This document shows positions 10,027 through 20,661 of a stretch of DNA of 64,000 nt, piece after piece. The stretch comes from Haplodiscus bocki (taxonomy: Eukaryota). The notes under the pieces are model-generated. The model saw only the letters and a program-made list of their open reading frames with translations. It was not told the DNA's origin and ran no database searches. How positions within the stretch are numbered: the first letter of the stretch is position 1; each line of letters begins with the position of its first letter. Made by a program: the position numbers and the translations under genes. The stretch lies in assembly GCA_965655095.1 (NCBI GenBank), contig OZ296651.1, positions 53,754,001 to 53,818,000 of the forward strand. Direction: 5' to 3'.

Positions 10027-10785
10027 ATGTCACAACCTTCACTAAAAGAGAAATTTGAAGACGAACAACTTCTCAGCACCGCCCTTGCTACGGAACTAGA
10101 AGATGTTAAAAAGACCTTAGCCCAACTCAAACTAGACAAAAGTAAGCCTACACACAAAGGACCGTTCAGCTTAAAACCTGATTACTATATCAATTACTCT
10201 ATTAGAAGGATCTTCGAAGAACTGGATAAACTTGAATCTCGACTAGAGAAACTAGAATCAGGAGAACAACCCCATGATTGGAATCTGTATAAAATTATTT
10301 GGAAGTTAGAAAACTTTTCAGTCGTATTCAACAACGCCAAACAATTTGAAGAGATAGAGAACAAAAACATTGCTGATCCAAACCTAGCACGCGGTTTCTG
10401 CAGCACAGCCTTTCTCAGTAAACCTTATGGCTACAGCTTCCTTATCCGCGCCTTCCCTTATGGATGTGGTCCAGCACTTGGCAAATCAATGTCCATCAAC
10501 ATATCTCTCATAGCCGGACCCTTCGATGATATCCTCCCTTGGCCGTTTAAAGGAACTATCCAAATCAGTGTCTTCAGACAAGACAACTCTGGTTTAATCT
10601 GGACCAACCTTCTAAAACCGAGTGATAAAACTACCCCCTGTTTTGTACGACCATCACCTCTACAACCCAACCCGAGTTGTGGTATTTTCTTCTACCTTCC
10701 CCACGAAGAAATGTGCAAGACGCAGAAGAACCTAATCAAGAATGACAACCTCTATATTCAAATAAAGACTCTTGACTTCCTGTGA
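10027..10785 (+). CDS. TRAF-like protein: coiled coil + MATH (TRAF-C) domain, no RING or zinc fingers
   Basis: Heptads (LATELEDVKKTLAQL, FEELDKLESRLEKLE) followed by TRAF MATH motifs IIWKLENFS, STAFLSKPYGYSFLIRAFPYGCG, MSINISLIAGPFDDILPWPFKGTIQISVFRQD, IKNDNLYIQI. ATG at 10027, intact. Confidence 0.9.
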   Translation: MSQPSLKEKFEDEQLLSTALATELEDVKKTLAQLKLDKSKPTHKGPFSLKPDYYINYSIRRIFEELDKLESRLEKLESGEQPHDWNLYKIIWKLENFSVVFNNAKQFEEIENKNIADPNLARGFCSTAFLSKPYGYSFLIRAFPYGCGPALGKSMSINISLIAGPFDDILPWPFKGTIQISVFRQDNSGLIWTNLLKPSDKTTPCFVRPSPLQPNPSCGIFFYLPHEEMCKTQKNLIKNDNLYIQIKTLDFL

Positions 10786-11050
10786 ACCCCGGTTTCAATT
10801 TCAACAGCTGTGAGTTCCGGGTGAGATGTCGTGTTCGACATACAGCAAAGAAAAAGAAAGAAAAGAAAAACTGTGAAAAACTAAACTTAAAAGTGTAACA
10901 TTTTAAATCTGCCATTTTGACTGCCGTTGCGCAAGTTCGAACATGTCCCCAAATTTGTTGACAAGCCAGAACTAACGCCGCCATGACACCTACCTTATAT
11001 GGACATCGGCGTCACCCAACAAAACAATAGACTCAACTCCCGAGATAATA

Positions 11051-11214
11051 ACGTCATCTGACGTCATCTGACGTCATGTGTGTATTAATATTATGGATAC
11101 TGACGACTCCCAAGTCACGTGACTAGGTCACGTGACTGACGTCATTCTCGGAGCCAATTCTGTGCTACCTCTATTCTGGTTGGCTCCCGAGAGCACAAAA
11201 TTTAGTATATATAG
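11051..11214 (+). promoter_or_regulatory. LTR U3 promoter: CRE/ATF repeats, two GTCACGTGAC E-boxes, CCAAT, TATA
   Basis: ACGTCATCTG repeats giving TGACGTCA sites (11051-11077), GTCACGTGAC x2 plus TGACGTCA (11115-11144), AGCCAAT near 11152, TATATATAG 11206-11214. Confidence 0.7.
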
Positions 11215-11540
11215 CGGACTAAATTCGCCTTTGAGAGACGCATCTTTCCAGCTCAGATCAGATGTCCAACGATCCGTGAAGTCACTCCACCCATTTTCCA
11301 ACATCAGCAGTTTGAGTCCAGTGCAGTATTCTTTGAGCGGTTATGTTTTCACTTTTGCTTTTATTTCTAACTTTTTCTTTGGGTAATACTTTCTTTATAA
11401 TATAACTTTAACTTTCTCTTGATGTAAACTGAACATTTAAGAAACCAAGCTTAACTCTTAACTTATAGAAACAGTAACATTTTTTATGTTTAGCTTAAAT
11501 TTATTCAACTTAACTTTAACTTAAGGCTTGACTGAGCTTA

Positions 11541-11945
11541 ATCTAAAATATAAAATTGTGTATGTGTTAAATCTTCTGTGAGGTGGTCTCGTCAAGAACG
11601 GACTCATCCAGCCTTGGTCACGTACCGGCTTGATATTTGGAAAATACTCAAATCCTCTTTGAGGTAGTCTCGCATGTCGGACTGATTTAGCCTTGGTCAA
11701 GTACCGGCTACTAAAACATTTATTATCTTAAAAATTAACTTTATTTAACTTTAACTTTAATCTAAAATATAAAATTGTGTATGTGTTAAATCCTCTGTGA
11801 GGTGGTCTTGTCAAGAACGGACTCATTCAGCCTTGGTCCCGTACCGGCTTGATATTTGGAAAATACTCAAATCCTCTTTGAGGTAGTCTCGCAAGTCGGA
11901 CTCATTCAACCTTGGTCACGTACCGGTTGCTAAAATACTTATTAT
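11541..11945 (+). repeat. 219-bp tandem duplication holding four copies of a ~51-nt double-hairpin unit
   Basis: Units TGAGGTRGTCTYG...CGGACTSAT...RCCTTGGTC..GTACCGGYT start at 11579, 11660, 11798, 11879. Confidence 0.85.
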
Positions 11946-14441
11946 CACTAAACCTAATACGTTTTCGTACTTTAATATCTTTCTTAAGGTTAATCGATGA
12001 TCCTCTTAGATGTCGTTGTATTCATTATATTTATAATACTTTTCCGCCTTTTTATCTTGCCTTTATGATTTGTACTCTGATTTATTTTGTTAGTCTTGAT
12101 ATCTTAATACTGTTAACCTTTCTGATATTTTGTCTTCCTGAATTTATAGATAATTGTAAGTCACCAGTTGATACTATTTCTGAAAATAATTTATCTGTTG
12201 ATAATAACAAGGTTTCTTCACAATATTCACCAGATAGAAAAAGTCCTTCCTTTCGAACTCACGCCTGAGACGACCTTTGTTGAAGTGCAGGAAGGCAACT
12301 GTCGCAAAATTGAATTAGGAGACTTATCCTGAGTTTCGGGATAGTTTCTGACTTGGAATAGAGTGGCTTTTGAGACTTTCCACTGCTATTTCATCAACCC
12401 ATCACTACACACACAACAGCACTTCACACCAGCAGTCTGTATAATGAGATACAGCTCAATCTCAGTATGAAAGCTGGCTAAAGTCCTCAACTGGGGGTGA
12501 TTACTGAATCCTTTCTTTAGTTCAGTACTCCGCTAAAGGTGAGTCTAAAAACAACATCTTGAAATACGTGAGAGCAACCGAAGTCATTTGGCCATCTTGA
12601 GTACTTCTTCACATCTTGAGCACGTGTGTAGGGATTTCAACTCGGCCAATTAACGTGCCATTTTTTAATTTCAGAATTTTTGCAAGCCTCTGATTTCGAG
12701 TCAACCTTCAAGAGTAAATTCATGAATTTTCTTTCGCACTCACAAGATAGAAAAAGCTTGACAGAAAAACCCCATGATGCACCCAGATCAACAGAAATTC
12801 CCAAGTAGACTCCTGGAAAGTTCTCTATTCCTGGAAGCTGCCTCTCCTTCAGATATCGGTATTTGCACTGCAGGTCTATTAGGTGACTCTTTCCGCTCCT
12901 ACTCAGCTGTGGAGAAGTTCACCGACAGTGAAAACGACAATTGGGAAAAATGCCTGGGCGCTCTTGCAAAACGATACAAGAGGGTCTGGAGAATGAGAAC
13001 GATCACTCATTCAAAAGATTTTCATCGCTATTGAGCAGCGCGAGTCCACGATAGATGAGGCGCTCAGGCAAAATTTGCGCAAAAAATTCAACCTTTCCAT
13101 CGATATCACTCCGACAGACAGAGCAGCGTGGCTGAGCAAGAAATTTTCCAGTCCCGAGTTCGATAAAACGTGAAGACTCATCTGTGGAACAATACACTGC
13201 TTAGGATGACAAATGTTAACTGTTATCACTTAAAGTGGAGTTACTACAGTGTACGCTTATTATGCTACCTCAGGGAGACGCCGAGGTAAGTGAAATAAAC
13301 GAAAATATATATACTTCTGACGTACAAAGAGTGGTCTCAGCAGTGGTTAGGGGAGAAAAAGTTTTCACTTTAGGAGCAAAAACGGATTTAGACACGTGCA
13401 TCAACGACTTGAGAGATTCGAGTCGAGTTAATGGCAGCAAACGGGCAGGAATGAACTTTGTTCGCGTTAAGAGCTCACTAACCCTGTTGCAAGGATTTTT
13501 TGAGAGTGATCCTCTCGTCAGCCTTCCGCGTGGGCAGATCAACAAACAACATGCGGCAAATGTCAAGAGTCGTAGGACCTGATGTTGCCAGAACTAACTT
13601 TGAAAACTCTCAGGTCCTCCAGGAAAAGATTGGTACGGATCAAGTACTTGTCAGTGCCCTTGGGAAAGCTCGAGTGGTGACTCCTGTGGCTAGTATCAAA
13701 GTCGACTTCTGCGAAGTATCCCTTGTTGACCAACCGTACAGTCACTCTGGGTTGAGGAATATTGAAAATGCAACTTGCTCAGTGAGTGAGTCCACGTCAA
13801 TTACCGATGAGCTCAAACCTCCTGAAGAACCTACAACGTGTAATCCTGTATCTGACAGTTCATTTCAAAAATCCAATTCGCTGTGTCGAAGCTGGTCCAG
13901 GGACCCTACTTGTGCCATGAGAAGTTGGAGGTAAATAAGCGTGAAGATTTTTGCAGAATAAATTTTCGTCCCCTTAAAGTGTGTTTTCATGGGTTTGACG
14001 GGATAATCTGACACTTCACCATGAAAATTTAAAATCTCAAAAATCTATGGTACTGCCAACAGCTTTAAATAAACAGGGTACCTAATGGGAAGAGAAAACC
14101 AATGAGTACTAGTCAAATAGGCCGAGAGAGGCCTGTGTTCATGTCTGTTGTACTTATGGAACTAGAGAGCGTGAAGAGACGGCTCAGGAGCAAGTCAGTG
14201 TACGGGGAATCGACTGAAATTACTTCCCACCTTCCAAAATTCTGACCCAACCAAAGTTTCGAAGTCTGCGTCTTCCTCTACATGAGTTTGTCAGTGACCT
14301 GAGTGACTTTTCGCAGATTTTCAGCGAACTGACACAGCGTGCGGCCGCAACTGATGACTTTATTTGGGGCAAAGAGTGTTATTGTGTTATATTATTCCCT
14401 GCATAAGGATCAATCTGTCGCTCAAGCGTATGAGCCGCTAA

Positions 14442-14732
14442 TGTCGTGGCCATCTTGTGGGCCAGAGTTTTGTGTTGTCTGGTTGCGGAAGATGCTTGCT
14501 TCAGGATGAGGATCATTCTGGGAGTCGTCCTCATTCGTTCCCTGGTTTGTTCCAAATGCATTCTGGGAGGTCACCGGAGCGGTTCCGGAGTGGCTCTGAA
14601 TTAGCGGGTTCATGAGAAAGTGGTAAAGACGTGATAACGCGCCTAATATGCGGTTTTCTGTCCAAATGAACTCTTGCGACAACTTTTTTGTGACTCTTCC
14701 TTCAATTTCCTCAGAAACTTGAGTTATCTAGT
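14442..14732 (-). mobile_element. Older inverted LTR related to element B, 3' part (split by element B insertion)
   Basis: Encodes a diverged copy of the LTR-borne ORF (TENRILGALSRL...GTNEDDSQNDPHPEA); ends GGCCACGACA at 14442. Confidence 0.9.
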
Positions 14733-16480
14733 TGTCGCAGCACACCTGCGAGGCATGCGGCCAACCCCTTCCTTAGAACAAAGACATCCCAACGGTTCAA
14801 TGAAGAACTTAAAACTATAAACATTACTAATTAGACTCATAATTAATCATTTGTTAGACCATTTCTTAATCATTGTGCATATATACGGACACGTATGAAA
14901 TACGTATCCATAACAAATGCACAGAAAATATCAACTGATCCAAACTAGGACGGAACCGTTACGGAGCAAAATAAGTATTCACAGAGCAATTGTTTCCTTA
15001 AAGGTGCTATTTTTATATTAATTTACTTAATTATCTATTTATTTAGATATCAATATAGATCCACCTTTCTGGTACAATTGCAGTAATTAGTAGTAATAAA
15101 TGCAGTGATTGACTTTTAGAAGTGCTTGTAACAAAGCGGCTTACTCGTAACAAATTGACTCTCGGAGTGAATATTTGTTCCGTACGTGTTCCGTCGTCAC
15201 TAGTTTGGTGACGTCATCAATATTATTTCAACTATGCCGTGCTGCAGTGCTATGGTGAATACGGAGTGACTCCGTATTCACTCCTAATTCGATCACGGCC
15301 GACTAAATTAACTCGTACTACTAGTGGCTACGGAGCGCCTCCGGAGGCCACTAGTAGCAGACTGAATTTTAACTTGTACTACTAGTGGCTACGGAGCTGC
15401 TCCGGAGACCACTAGTAGCTACTAGGCGGAACGAGGAGTAAATTGGTAATTATACTAGTTTCTCCTCATCTCCAAAATACTGAAAGCTTAATTAGATGAT
15501 GGTAATATGAACATGAAGGTGATGATTAAATGTATTTTTATGATGAAATCATGCATTTTGTATTTTATTTTATTTTCTTCATTTTTAGTTTTGTAATTTT
15601 ATTTTACTCTCCTAAGCAAGGAAATTCTTTGAACTTTCCATCTATGGAGTATACAATAAACAACTTGTCGGCGCGGGAATAAACACTTTGATGGCCATCT
15701 CTGACGGATTAGGACCGTCAATTTTCTGTCGAAAGATGGAAAAGGCGCGTCCTATGATGAAAGAGATGGATGGAAAAGTTGTTTATTTCCCGCCTGGGTC
15801 GGCATTTTTAACTTTGATGTGCTGTAGTTGAAAGTATTTTTCCCTATTTGTACTTTGACTTGGCGGGTAAACAATTATGTTTCCCGCCAGGAAAAAGTAT
15901 AAATAGGAGAAATGAAAATACAAGAGACAATTTCTTATTTTTATGATACTGATGATAATAACCCAGTACTCTTAAATTTCCTTCATAACTTTGCCTGTTA
16001 CTGTTAGAACCAAGTTGATTTTCTCAATCCTCAACACAAATAATAAAGTATTACTGACTGATAAAAACTTCTCCTTTAAAATGACAACTCGAAATAAGAG
16101 AAAGTTAGCAGCGTTGAACAAAGAAAAGTGTGAAGAGCACCCTAGGAGCAACTTGGCACAAAACTCAAGCGCTCCTAGATCGCAAGAAGAATACATTACT
16201 CAAGTTTCTGAGGAAATTGAGGGAAGGGTTACAAAAAGACTGTCAAAGGAGTTTAGCAGAACGGAAAACCGCATTCTAGGTGCACTGGCGCGACTTGATG
16301 ACTTTCTGATGAACCCATTGCTACCGGGGTACTCCGGAGCCACTCCGGAGCCCACCCGCAGCGTACTGAGAAATAACCAGGGAACGAATGAGGACGACTC
16401 CCAGAATGATCCTCATCCTGAAGCGGGTCTCTTCCACAGCCAGTCGGCACGAAACGCTGGCCCAGGAGACGACCGCGACA
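14733..16480 (+). repeat. 5' LTR of element B (1748 bp)
   Basis: Direct repeat of 26172-27860; has an extra 61-bp tandem unit within 15301-15420. Confidence 0.97.
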
Positions 16481-16497
16481 TGGTGACAGGAAAATAG
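16081..16497 (+). pseudogene. LTR-encoded ORF start (probable Gag N-terminus) cut off by internal deletion; second copy at 27461-27860
   Basis: MTTRNKRKLAAL... begins inside the LTR and reads across the LTR end and PBS; conserved at protein level in the older LTR copies (14442-14732, 36078-36346). Confidence 0.6.
16481..16490 (+). other. Primer-binding site remnant (TGGTGACAGG)
   Basis: TGG immediately after the LTR terminal CA; priming tRNA not identified. Confidence 0.65.
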
Positions 16498-19400
16498 AGT
16501 CACCAACACCACAGAATCACCCTATACAATCAATAAGAACACACAAATTGCCGATTTCTCCGTAGTCACTCCGGAGCAATCCAAGTTTATCAAACCGGTA
16601 GACATGGCAATCCTGAGCATGATTCCTGAAGGTGACCCAGATTTGATCACATATCTGACTGAACTGCTCAGAACAAACAAATCAGATCAGCAATCCAACA
16701 CCTTTTGGTTTCCGACACCCGAAAATCCTGGCAATACAGACGAGCACACCCCAATTCAGAAACGAATCTTAAAAGAATTGTGTGAATTACAACAAAAGGA
16801 AAAACTGAATCCGAAAGATGACAATGAATCAAGAACTGAATTTTTAAAGCGCTTCGATTGGATAGACACACTGCTTAATGAAAGTGAGAAACACGCAGTT
16901 GAAGACATTCTAGTTGAATACCATGACATATTCGCTAGACACAGAATGGACATTGGGATGAACACGGAATTTAAGGTGAGACTCACACCCAAGGATGACA
17001 AAGCTGTTTACAGCCAAAGCTTACCAATGCCGATCCACCTGAAAGAAGATTTGATTGTTGAACTCGCTCTCATGCATAAATACGGGATCATCACAGTGTT
17101 ACCTTTCTCAAAATACGCAAGTCCCATATTTGCACAGAGGAAACCGAATGGAAAATTGCGTCCTCTTGTGGACCTTAGGAAAATCAACACCCTGACTGCA
17201 GATGATTATACTAACAACAATCACCCAGTCAGCACTTTGTCAGATGCAGCACAACACCTGGCAGGAAAATCCCTATTCTGCAAGCTTGATTGCTCCCAAG
17301 CTTACCACTGTTTGCAGATGGCGGACCAACGGTCAGTAGAGATGCTTGCATTCAATTTTTCTAGCAGAACTTTTGCCTACAAAAGACTTGCACAAGGTCT
17401 CAGCAGATCTGTGTCTGCTTTTTCAAGTTTCATGCGCGAGTACTTGGACCCAGTTGTCAAAGCTGACCAATGTGCTCAATACGTGGACGATATTGGAATT
17501 GCAGCCAACAATGCTACGGATCTTAACCGGAACATTCGGGCAGTCTTCTAGTGCATTCGCAACGCAGGATTAAAACTGACAATTGAAAAGTGCCACTTTG
17601 GAGTCAGGCAAGTTGAATTTCTTGGAAGAACCATTTCATCCGAAGGAGTATCACCACAAGCTCACAAAATTCAAAATTTTCTTGCTAAACTTCGATTCCC
17701 CAAATCAAAAAAGGCATTACAGCGCTATCTGGGTTTCGTAAACTATTACAGAAATTATATTCCCAGAATGGCTGAAAAACTGCATCCGTTCCACAAATTG
17801 CTCAAAACGGAAGTGCCAATCAATATTACGTCACAGTTGAAAGAAACATTTGATTCAGTCAATACAGCTCTCAGTAACGCATGTGAATTAGCACTGAAAC
17901 AACCCATTCCAGGAAAGCAACTTGTCTTAATGACAGATGCCAGCTTCAGAAGTGCCGGATATGCCCTTATGATTGAGGACAATCCCGATCAGAAAATACA
18001 GTCAAAGCGGAAGACGTATGCCCCCGTGGCATTCGGCTCAAAAATTTTTTCCCCTGCACAACTGAAGATGTCGATTTATTCAAAAGAATTTTTAGCAATT
18101 TACATGGCATTCCTCGAATTTGCACACATCTTGTGGGAAGCAACGAAACCAACGATCGTTTTGACTGACAACAAATCCGTCACACGATTTTTCCAGACCA
18201 AAGCAATTCCACCATCTTTGTGGAACGCATGTGATTATGTGATCCAGTTCAATTTCAAAACAGCCCATATCGCCGGTTCAATAAACACAGCAGCCGACTT
18301 CCTTTCACGATTAGAGTTAAAAGTCACAGAAAGAATCTGTCTCAAAATCAGGGAAGATGTGCAAACAACACCAATTGAAGTCACAACATCCTCTTCAGAT
18401 GTTGCAGACGAAGAACAGGTTTTCTTCACGCACACAGACGATCAAAATGAAACTGAAGAGCAGATCTTACAAAGGAAAGAACAATCTCGGCAAAAAGCAG
18501 TAGAATGGGTAGCCAACCAGGAACAATCCTCATTGAAGCCAAGTATAAAAGCATTCACAAAGATCGACGGAAATACTACGGCGTATTCCCTTCATGGAAT
18601 TAAATCAAATGCGAGAATACGAGTCGAGCAAGACGCCGATCTAGTATTGAAGAACTTGAAACTTAAAATACTTGGCCAGCCACACGATGACGTCTTATTG
18701 ACAGCAGATAGACGATTTAAACACTACAAAGCCAATGAGGATCGCATTATCCTCAAAGATGGACTTTTACTCCGGAAATACTACGGAGACACTGGTAGTG
18801 TCAAATACTACCAAATTCTTATACCGAAGCAGCTAGTTAACGAAGTGCTCCGGAGCCTCCACGGAGACTTTGGAAAACACCCCGGAATTACTAAAATGAT
18901 AATTGCCTACAGAGAAAAGTATTATTACCCGAAAATGGCTCAAATGATCAGGGAGTGGGTCATGTCTTGTGAGAAATGCATTCGAGAATTACGGATTAAC
19001 CCGCAATTAAACCGCCCCCCTCTGCAAAACCCAAATGAGCACATTACTGCGCCCGAAGACGCCATGCAAATTGACTTAGTACCGGGATTACCACCATCTG
19101 GCGGCTATGAGAATATTGTGACAGCCATGGATGTATTTTCCCGCTATTTATTTGCATACCCGACAGCAACTCAAGATGCCACCACAATTGCTAAAGTGAT
19201 AATTAACATCATGACTAAGCACGCCTACTTACCAACGACGCTCATCTCAGATAAAGGTACAACCTTTACGTCACATGTAATTAAAGAAGTGGCCGGCGTC
19301 CTTGGTATTACTCTAAAGCACGCCACCACCAAGCACGCTCAAACAATTGGGCTACTTGAGCGATCTCACATGTCAATCAAGCAGTCATTAAAGATTGAGA

Positions 19401-20311
19401 CAGGCGAGCGTAGATCATTGTGGCATAAATACATCAGCATTGCGGTCCTTAATTACAACACCTCTTATCATTCAAGCATTGGCTGTGAGCCAAGCAGAGT
19501 GTTTCACGGCCGCATCACCTACAATGTCCTTGATCTAAAAATGGGTATTCGTCCACAGAAAATTTCCCCGCCAGATTCGGAAATTGCACAAGATGTCCTT
19601 GAGCAAACAGAAGCCATTTTCCAGGACGTCAGAAGAAATTCTATGCAAGCTTATATCAAATACAAAGCGTATTATGATAAAAAAGCCAACGCCTCAAAAC
19701 TCAAACAGTCAGATTATGTGTACATTTTACAGCCAAAAGCCGATCATCAGGGAAGTAAAATTCCCTTTACAGACTTTCGGTGGATCGGCCCATATATTAT
19801 TGAGAAAGTATTACCCAACAATAATTATGTGGTACGCAAAATTGGCACCAACAAGACACAAATCCTGCACAGAATGAGGCTGCCTCAATTCACACCCCGT
19901 CAGCCAATACCCGACATATCAGTCACACCACGCGAATGGCAACCAGACCCGGAAGTCACCATTAAACATGATGATTTATACGCCAGAGCATGGGAGTGTG
20001 AATACGACAAGCCAATATTCGACAGCGACCGCGATAATCTGGTATCACCCAATTTACCTGAAATCACAGTCCGATCGGGGGAAGCTGAAGATGAAGTGAG
20101 GAGCACTCCAGGAGTTACACAAAAAGACTCCTCAAATATTCTCCCCCACGCAGATGAAATAGACGACGGAGCAGATACGGATCACTACATGCAGCCTGAT
20201 GCGGACAATAGCGTAGAGCGAATTGACCCTACGCCCACCAACCCCCGCAGCTCAAAATATAATCTACGCCACAACCCAAGGCCAAATTGTAATGACGACT
20301 ACAGATATTAA
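16496..20311 (+). pseudogene. pol: pol remnant (RT, RNase H, integrase); protease absent; one in-frame stop
   Basis: LVDLRKIN, LDCSQAYH, YVDD, MTDAS, SKEFLA, LTDNKS, HGDFGKHPG...CEKC, QIDLV, SDKG, GLLER, WIGPY; TAG at 17549-17551 splits a single frame. Confidence 0.95.
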
Positions 20312-20661
20312 ATCGTCAGTCTGCCTGGGTATGTATCCGGAACAGCTACGGACACAAAATGTGGATTTTGGGAATGTGCTACGGAGCGCATCCGGAGCCA
20401 GTACACGTTCCCCTATAGAACTCCGAATAAGTATGTCTCCGGAGTGCCTCCGGAGACATCCCTGAAATTTCCTGAAATTCCCAAAAACAATGGCGACGGA
20501 TACAATACGGAGTACACACAAGCTATTCCGAATGATTTGAGGATACAACGTGGCAACGTACTCAAAGACTACTCAACTCTGTAAAGTGACAGCGGGCTAT
20601 AGACAGTTAACTACGTACTCTAAATACTAAATATAATTTAAAATTCAAATGATATGTCAAG

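Larger units (their letters stand above)
1..12275 (+). mobile_element. Element A: env-bearing Ty3/Gypsy LTR retroelement (endogenous retrovirus-like), 5' part outside window
   Basis: pol order PR-RT-RNaseH-IN, then an env-like ORF, accessory ORFs and a promoter-bearing LTR-like block starting TGTCGT (10827) and ending ACGAC (~12274). No 5' LTR or TSD in the window, so the 3' boundary is tentative. Confidence 0.9.
10827..12275 (+). repeat. Putative 3' LTR of element A
   Basis: Follows purine-rich GGGTGAGA; termini TGTCGT...ACGAC; contains promoter motifs. An alternative start is TG at 10872, after the A/G tract 10847-10870. Confidence 0.6.

Noticed and set aside
11579-11630. Hammerhead-like string on the minus strand (CTGGATGA-GTC..GAC-GAGAC)
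   Set aside because: Core deviates from CUGANGA/GAAA, no convincing stems I/III, and the pattern is not kept in the other three repeats
11660-11668. TGAGGTAGT equals the let-7 5' end (also at 11879)
   Set aside because: Only 9 nt, no pre-miRNA-length hairpin, and sister repeats read TGAGGTGGT
11912-12268. Hydrophobic 118-aa ORF as a membrane protein or missing env TM
   Set aside because: Lies in T-rich LTR sequence with a non-ATG start, so hydrophobicity is compositional; at most an LTR-borne ORF start
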